A stretch of DNA of 10,389 bases from a bacterium. Lineage in GTDB: Bacteria; Zhuqueibacterota; Zhuqueibacteria; Oceanimicrobiales; Oceanimicrobiaceae. The position numbers were made by a program, and so were the translations under genes. A model generated the notes under the pieces. That model was not told the origin of the DNA and searched no databases. It worked only from the letters and a program-made list of their open reading frames with translations. Each line of letters starts with the position of its first letter. Within the stretch, counting starts at the first letter, position 1. Below are positions 6,288-10,389 of the stretch, piece by piece. The DNA lies in assembly GCA_046757525.1 (NCBI GenBank), contig JBHHYI010000147.1, positions 1 to 10,389 of the forward strand, written 5' to 3'.

Positions 6288-8957
6288 ATGATTTCTCCGA
6301 AATATTCTTCAGCGGTAAGGCTTTCTGCCCTCGGGCTCTTCCTGTTTTTCATGGTTCTACATTTTCAAAGGTTTGCAGGAACCCCAGAGCCTTCCTCTTC
6401 AAGACACCGATCTTTGCTGGACTCTCAAGTCAAAGGAAGCCAGGCCGAATTCAAGCAATACCCTTCAGACTGGGGCTGGATGCAGCGCACCTTTCCTTAC
6501 TGGAAAGCTGACAAGACAGCTCTGGCCGAAGCGTTGCAATATGCGCAACACCTGCGCGAGGCAGCAAAGTACCCTGTTGATGACCGGAGAGGCCTGCAAA
6601 AGTCTGGGGGAACTCAGCAGTGGGAATTCGCGGGTCCTGCCAATATTGGTGGCCGGGTTTCGGATATCGAGTTCAACCCCGTCGACCCCAACATCGTTTA
6701 TGCCGCGGCGGCGACTGGCGGCGTGTTCAAATCCACAGATGGGGGTCTGAGCTGGATCCCAGTATTCGATGATGCGGCCATTTTCACCATCGGCGACCTG
6801 GCCGTGGATCCCAGCGATCCGGACCTCGTTTATGTCGGCACGGGCGAAGCCAATGGTGGACACAACAATTTTCCCGGTGGCGGCGTTTACAAGTCAACAG
6901 ATGCCGGCGCAAGCTGGCAGTTCCTGGGCCTCGAGCAGGCTGTTTCCATCGGACGCATCGTGGTGGATCCGGTGGATTCCCGACGCCTGTTTGTGGCGGC
7001 TGTGGGTTCCTACTTTGGCCCCAATCCCGAAAGAGGTCTCTACCGCTCAGAGGACGGCGGCGCCAACTGGTCGCGAGTCCTGTTTGTTTCGGACACCACC
7101 GGGGTCATCGACCTGGTGCTCAATCCCCAGAACCCCTCTTTTGTGCTTGCCGCAACGTGGGAACGCGTGCGGCGGCCCAACAATTCACATCTGTACGGCA
7201 GCACCAGCGGTTTGTACCGGAGTGTGGATGGCGGCGACACCTGGGAGCTGCTTGGGCCGGTCAATGGATTGCCCGATGCCACAACCACCAACGTCGGCCG
7301 CATCGGGTTGGCTTTGTGCCAAAGCAGTCCGCAGGTCATTTACGCGTTGTACAACGATGGTCTTAATTACTCTGGACTTTTCAGAACCAGCGACAGCGGC
7401 GACACGTGGGTCAACGCGGATCCAAATAGGGAGATTCTAAATGGCACCGGCGGCTTTAGCTGGTATTTTGGCCAGGTACGGATCGATCCATTTGACCCCA
7501 ATCGGGTATTCGTGCTCGACGTTGGCTTCATGCGCTCAACCGATAGCGGGGACACCTGGACGATTACCAGAGGCTCTCGCAATCTCCACGTAGACCACCA
7601 TGCCCTGGCATTTCATCCTTCTGAACCGGATTACCTGATCGACGGCAACGACGGTGGCATCAGCATTTCTTCCGACGGCGGTGCCACCTGGACCAAAGTG
7701 GCCAATTTGCCGGTGACCCAGTTTTACGAGATTGGCATCGACAATAGCAACCCTGAAAGACTCCTGGGCGGCACACAAGACAATGGTACCCTCCGTACCG
7801 TGACGGGCACCGTGGACGATTGGGACACCATCCTGGGCGGGGATGGCTTCTACGTCCTGGTCGACCCCAACGATCCCGATGTCATCTACGCCGAGTCGCA
7901 ATTTGGCGGTCTGGTGAAATCGGTCAATGGTGGGGGCTCCTTTTTTCCGGCCCGGGTGGGCATTGTGTCTAGTGAGCCCACAAATTGGTCCACGCCGGTC
8001 GTCATGGACCCCAATAATAGCCAGGTTCTTTATTACGGAACCAATCGGGTTTACCGAACAGAAAACGCTGCCCAAAGCTGGGTGCCGATCAGTCCGGATT
8101 TGACCGAAGGCATGCCGGGGGCAAGATTGGGTACCGTTACCACCATCGCTGTGGCGCCGACGGACTCAAACGTGATCTACGCTGGCACGGACGACAGCCA
8201 TGTTTGGGTCAGCTCCGATCGGGGTGGAAGCTGGACCGAGGTTTCCGCCGCCTTACCCTATCGCTGGGTCACGAGAATCGTGGTGGACCCGGCAGACGAG
8301 AATACTGCTTATGTTACCTTCTCCGGCCTGAAATGGAAAGATCCGCAGCCGCACGTCTTCAGGACCACAAACATGGGTGCAGATTGGCAGGATATCAGCA
8401 GCAACCTACCCGATGCCCCGGTGAACGCCTTCGCCGTAGACCCTCTGGATTCGCAGGTGCTCTACCTTGGCTCAGACGTGGGGGCGTTCGTGAGTTTCAA
8501 CACTGGCCAGACGTGGGAAGCGTTAGGTACGGGTTTGCCCATGGTTCCCGTGTACGACATGAAAATACACCAGGCCGAACATTTTCTCGTTGTGGGTACG
8601 CACGGGCGTTCCATGTACAAGTTGGATTTGTCCAGTCTGGTAACGGATGTGCAGGCACCGTCGGAGGTACCTTCCGTGGCCTCGTTTGAACTCAAACAGA
8701 ATTACCCCAATCCATTCAATCCCAACACGAATATCCGATATAGCCTGGTGGAGCCAGGCCGGGTGAGCCTGAAAATCTACAATCTGCTGGGCGAAGAAGT
8801 ACGCACCTTAGTCGACGAGGTCCAGAGCGCGGGTAACTTTCAATCGCATTGGGACGGCACCAACAAACAAGGCGAGCCGGTTTCCAGCGGCGTTTACCTC
8901 TACGAGTTGAAAACGAGCACTTCTGCCCAGTTCAAACGGATGATTTTGCTGCGTTAG
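6288..8957 (+). CDS. Secreted Asp-box/BNR-repeat beta-propeller protein (VPS10/GH74-like fold) with a T9SS-type-A/FlgD-Ig-like C-terminal domain
   Basis: Hydrophobic N-terminus. About 12 S/T-x-D/N-x-G-x-S/T-W repeats (KSTDGGLSW, KSTDAGASW, RSEDGGANW, RSVDGGDTW, RTSDSGDTW, RSTDSGDTW, ISSDGGATW, VSSDRGGSW and others). C-terminal QNYPNPFNP...SGVYLYEL at about 8685-8954. Start is GTG 6285 or ATG 6288; AAGGT overlapping the upstream stop favours 6288. Confidence 0.88.
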   Translation: MISPKYSSAVRLSALGLFLFFMVLHFQRFAGTPEPSSSRHRSLLDSQVKGSQAEFKQYPSDWGWMQRTFPYWKADKTALAEALQYAQHLREAAKYPVDDRRGLQKSGGTQQWEFAGPANIGGRVSDIEFNPVDPNIVYAAAATGGVFKSTDGGLSWIPVFDDAAIFTIGDLAVDPSDPDLVYVGTGEANGGHNNFPGGGVYKSTDAGASWQFLGLEQAVSIGRIVVDPVDSRRLFVAAVGSYFGPNPERGLYRSEDGGANWSRVLFVSDTTGVIDLVLNPQNPSFVLAATWERVRRPNNSHLYGSTSGLYRSVDGGDTWELLGPVNGLPDATTTNVGRIGLALCQSSPQVIYALYNDGLNYSGLFRTSDSGDTWVNADPNREILNGTGGFSWYFGQVRIDPFDPNRVFVLDVGFMRSTDSGDTWTITRGSRNLHVDHHALAFHPSEPDYLIDGNDGGISISSDGGATWTKVANLPVTQFYEIGIDNSNPERLLGGTQDNGTLRTVTGTVDDWDTILGGDGFYVLVDPNDPDVIYAESQFGGLVKSVNGGGSFFPARVGIVSSEPTNWSTPVVMDPNNSQVLYYGTNRVYRTENAAQSWVPISPDLTEGMPGARLGTVTTIAVAPTDSNVIYAGTDDSHVWVSSDRGGSWTEVSAALPYRWVTRIVVDPADENTAYVTFSGLKWKDPQPHVFRTTNMGADWQDISSNLPDAPVNAFAVDPLDSQVLYLGSDVGAFVSFNTGQTWEALGTGLPMVPVYDMKIHQAEHFLVVGTHGRSMYKLDLSSLVTDVQAPSEVPSVASFELKQNYPNPFNPNTNIRYSLVEPGRVSLKIYNLLGEEVRTLVDEVQSAGNFQSHWDGTNKQGEPVSSGVYLYELKTSTSAQFKRMILLR

Positions 8958-9064
8958 CCTGGCGCAGGCCACCAGACCTCCGCCATTGGCTGGGGGAAAA
9001 AGGAGAGAATTCCGGCTGTCCATTGAACTATTCGGGTAAGTGATGAACTTTCTGGAAATTTTGC

Positions 9065-9095
9065 TTGACATTTTGCATAAACTTGTAGATATTGT
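9065..9095 (+). promoter_or_regulatory. Probable sigma70-type promoter upstream of the structured leader
   Basis: Perfect TTGACA at 9065-9070 within an AT-rich island. The -10 is ambiguous: GATATT at 17 bp or TATTGT at 19 bp. Confidence 0.5.
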
Positions 9096-9108
9096 AAAAA
9101 TTTAATTG

Positions 9109-9384
9109 ACTGATTCAGCGCAAGCCGAATCGGTACCCGAGAATCCATCCGAGTGTTTCTTCCTTTCGATTCCGAGTTTTCTCAGTTCCTTTAAGTTTCC
9201 GTAGTCTTCAGCGTTGGCGCTTTCAGCCCGGAGGGGGAGCCACGTCAACAATGACCCGTCGGAGAATCCTGGCGCTGTTGATCCACCTTTGCCAGTCGTG
9301 GAAGGTCTGGTCAGAGGATGGCCTGGACGTACTGGTTTTCCCATTCAAAGGTGGAGAGATGGGCACAGGAGAACCTGAGAGCTT
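9109..9384 (+). ncRNA. Candidate structured RNA (5' leader or independent sRNA), family unassigned
   Basis: Hand-folded: GCAA-tetraloop hairpin at 9109-9134; closing helix 9179-9188/9371-9381; arm 9196-9265; arm 9268-9369 with a perfect 10-bp stem TCCACCTTTG(9282-9291)/CAAAGGTGGA(9346-9355). No credible ORF. Non-Watson-Crick pairs are mostly G-U on the + strand. Confidence 0.4.
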
Positions 9385-9455
9385 AACTTAAGTCACAAAT
9401 AAACAATTGCTTAATTTCGGGCGAGATGCTACTAACTAACAAAAGGAGGTCTCAG

Positions 9456-9932
9456 ATGAAGAAGTTCACGATGATTAACTTGACCCTGCTGTTCGTTTTG
9501 GGTGTCCTGTTAGCCACCGCGGCTATGGCAGGCGACGTAGACGATATAAAAAAAGCAACCATGGAGCATTTTGCCACGCTTAAAAGTGGCGATGCTGCTG
9601 CCCACGTAGAACATCATTTTCAAGGACACAGCACCTTTCCCGGTGACGGGAGTCTACTACAAGTGGATGATTCTCTCGATGAGGAAACCAAAGCATTGAG
9701 AACGAGTTTCGATTCTGGCGTAAAGCTCAATCTACAACTCAGACATCTGGAGGTAAAAGTCTATGGCAAGACGGCCGTTGTCACCGGCTATGTAGTTGGC
9801 ACAACAAAGGGGCCGGATGGCAAGACACAACAGATCATGAATCGCCGCACGGCAGTCTTGGTTAAGCAAGGCGGAAAGTGGAAGGAAGTTCACCTTCACA
9901 GCTCGCCTGTTGTGGCAGCTCAGCCACAATAA
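9456..9932 (+). CDS. Secreted/periplasmic NTF2-like fold protein (SnoaL-like/DUF4440 type), 158 aa
   Basis: Strong AAGGAGGT RBS at 9443-9450 before ATG 9456, so the 9426 start is unlikely. Sec signal MKKF...TAAMA. Typical C-terminal pattern 'VKVYGKTAVVTG...RRTAVLVKQGGKWKEVHLHSS'. Confidence 0.85.
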   Translation: MKKFTMINLTLLFVLGVLLATAAMAGDVDDIKKATMEHFATLKSGDAAAHVEHHFQGHSTFPGDGSLLQVDDSLDEETKALRTSFDSGVKLNLQLRHLEVKVYGKTAVVTGYVVGTTKGPDGKTQQIMNRRTAVLVKQGGKWKEVHLHSSPVVAAQPQ

Positions 9933-10011
9933 GTGGCCTCGATTGCCACGAAAGGGGGGTAAGGAGTCAGTCCTTCTGTCATCTAACCAGATTCAATGAA
10001 AGGAGATTGTT

Positions 10012-10371
10012 ATGGGTCAACCTGTTGTGCACTGGGAGTTTTGGTCACAGAATCCGGAAGAGATTTCGGATTTCTACAGCACGGTCTTCGGCTGGGAGAT
10101 TCGGCATATTCCGGAAATGGACTACCGTCTCGTGGAGACCGGCGGAGAAGGAGGAATCAACGGCGGCATCATGACGCCAAAACAGGGGCCATGGCCGGCC
10201 AAGCTGGCGTTTTACGTCGAGGTGGAGGAACTGGAGCCCTTCCACGCCAAGATCAAGGAAGCTGGCGGCAAGGTCCTTGTCGCAGGCATGGAAGTCCCCG
10301 AAGTCGGGTCTTTGTCCCTGTTTGAGGATCCGGACGGCCGGGTACTGGGAATATGGAAGCAGAAGAAATAG
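10012..10371 (+). CDS. VOC-superfamily (glyoxalase/bleomycin-resistance fold) protein, 119 aa
   Basis: AAGGAG RBS at 10000-10005. Pattern VVHWE...FYSTVFGW...GGINGGIM...FYVEV...EAGGKV...FEDPDGRVLGIW is typical of single-domain VOC proteins. Confidence 0.9.
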   Translation: MGQPVVHWEFWSQNPEEISDFYSTVFGWEIRHIPEMDYRLVETGGEGGINGGIMTPKQGPWPAKLAFYVEVEELEPFHAKIKEAGGKVLVAGMEVPEVGSLSLFEDPDGRVLGIWKQKK

Positions 10372-10389
10372 GAGTGGTTGCAGCCATTT

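Noticed and set aside
752..8695. Alternative-frame and antisense ORFs overlapping the main genes (e.g. 752-991, 2368-2994, 2964-3281, 4343-5011, 6769-7440, 7536-8075, 8204-8689)
   Set aside because: These are shadow ORFs expected from GC-rich codon usage. They have no motifs and lie wholly or partly over well-supported CDSs.
8957..8969. GCCTG-GCG-CAGGC hairpin after the propeller gene as an intrinsic terminator
   Set aside because: Only 5 bp and not followed by a U-run.
8808..9344. Minus-strand ORFs 8808-9071, 8954-9148 and 9102-9344, and plus-strand ORF 8849-9043
   Set aside because: They have no recognisable protein features and overlap a CDS end, an AT-rich promoter island, or the structured leader.
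9268..9369. 6S RNA, SRP RNA, tmRNA or RNase P RNA
   Set aside because: The rod is only about 100 nt with no large central bubble. There is no SRP helix-8 motif, no tRNA-like ends and no GAGGAAAGUCC.
9260..9377. Cobalamin riboswitch (loose echoes: GAGAATCCTG, GCCA...GGAAGG, CAGGAGAACCTG)
   Set aside because: It lacks the conserved GGGAA-GGUG and CCCGCAACUGU/GCCACUG core in proper form and spacing, and the downstream genes are not B12-related. A cmscan would settle it.
9933..9975. Small hairpins GTGGC/GCCAC and AAGGA/TCCTT between the NTF2 and VOC genes as terminators
   Set aside because: 5-bp stems without U-tracts are within chance expectation.
10370..10389. AGGAG overlapping the VOC stop codon as the RBS of a further gene
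   Set aside because: The window ends before any downstream ORF can be evaluated.

Overview
Bacterial window with six intact + strand genes. In order: an animal-GDH-like glutamate dehydrogenase (892-2310); a classical SDR oxidoreductase (2356-3174); two large secreted proteins sharing the same 'YPNPFNP...SGxY' C-terminal sorting/FlgD-Ig-like domain, namely an S8 subtilase (3359-6277) and an Asp-box/BNR double beta-propeller (6288-8957); a secreted NTF2/SnoaL-like protein (9456-9932); and a VOC/glyoxalase-fold protein (10012-10371). The C-terminal domains and GDH type suggest an FCB-associated lineage such as KSB1, Calditrichota or Ignavibacteria (inference). Two non-coding stretches hold the unexplained signal. 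(1) 1-690 lacks a credible ORF, is packed with about five different REP/REPIN-like inverted-repeat modules, and is faced by a perfect-consensus minus-strand sigma70 promoter divergent from the gdh promoter. (2) 9109-9384 lies between a TTGACA promoter and the NTF2 gene and folds by hand into a GNRA hairpin plus a three-way junction of about 210 nt that I cannot assign to a known RNA family. No CRISPR array, rRNA, tRNA or transposase was seen. All RNA folds are hand-derived and need computational confirmation.
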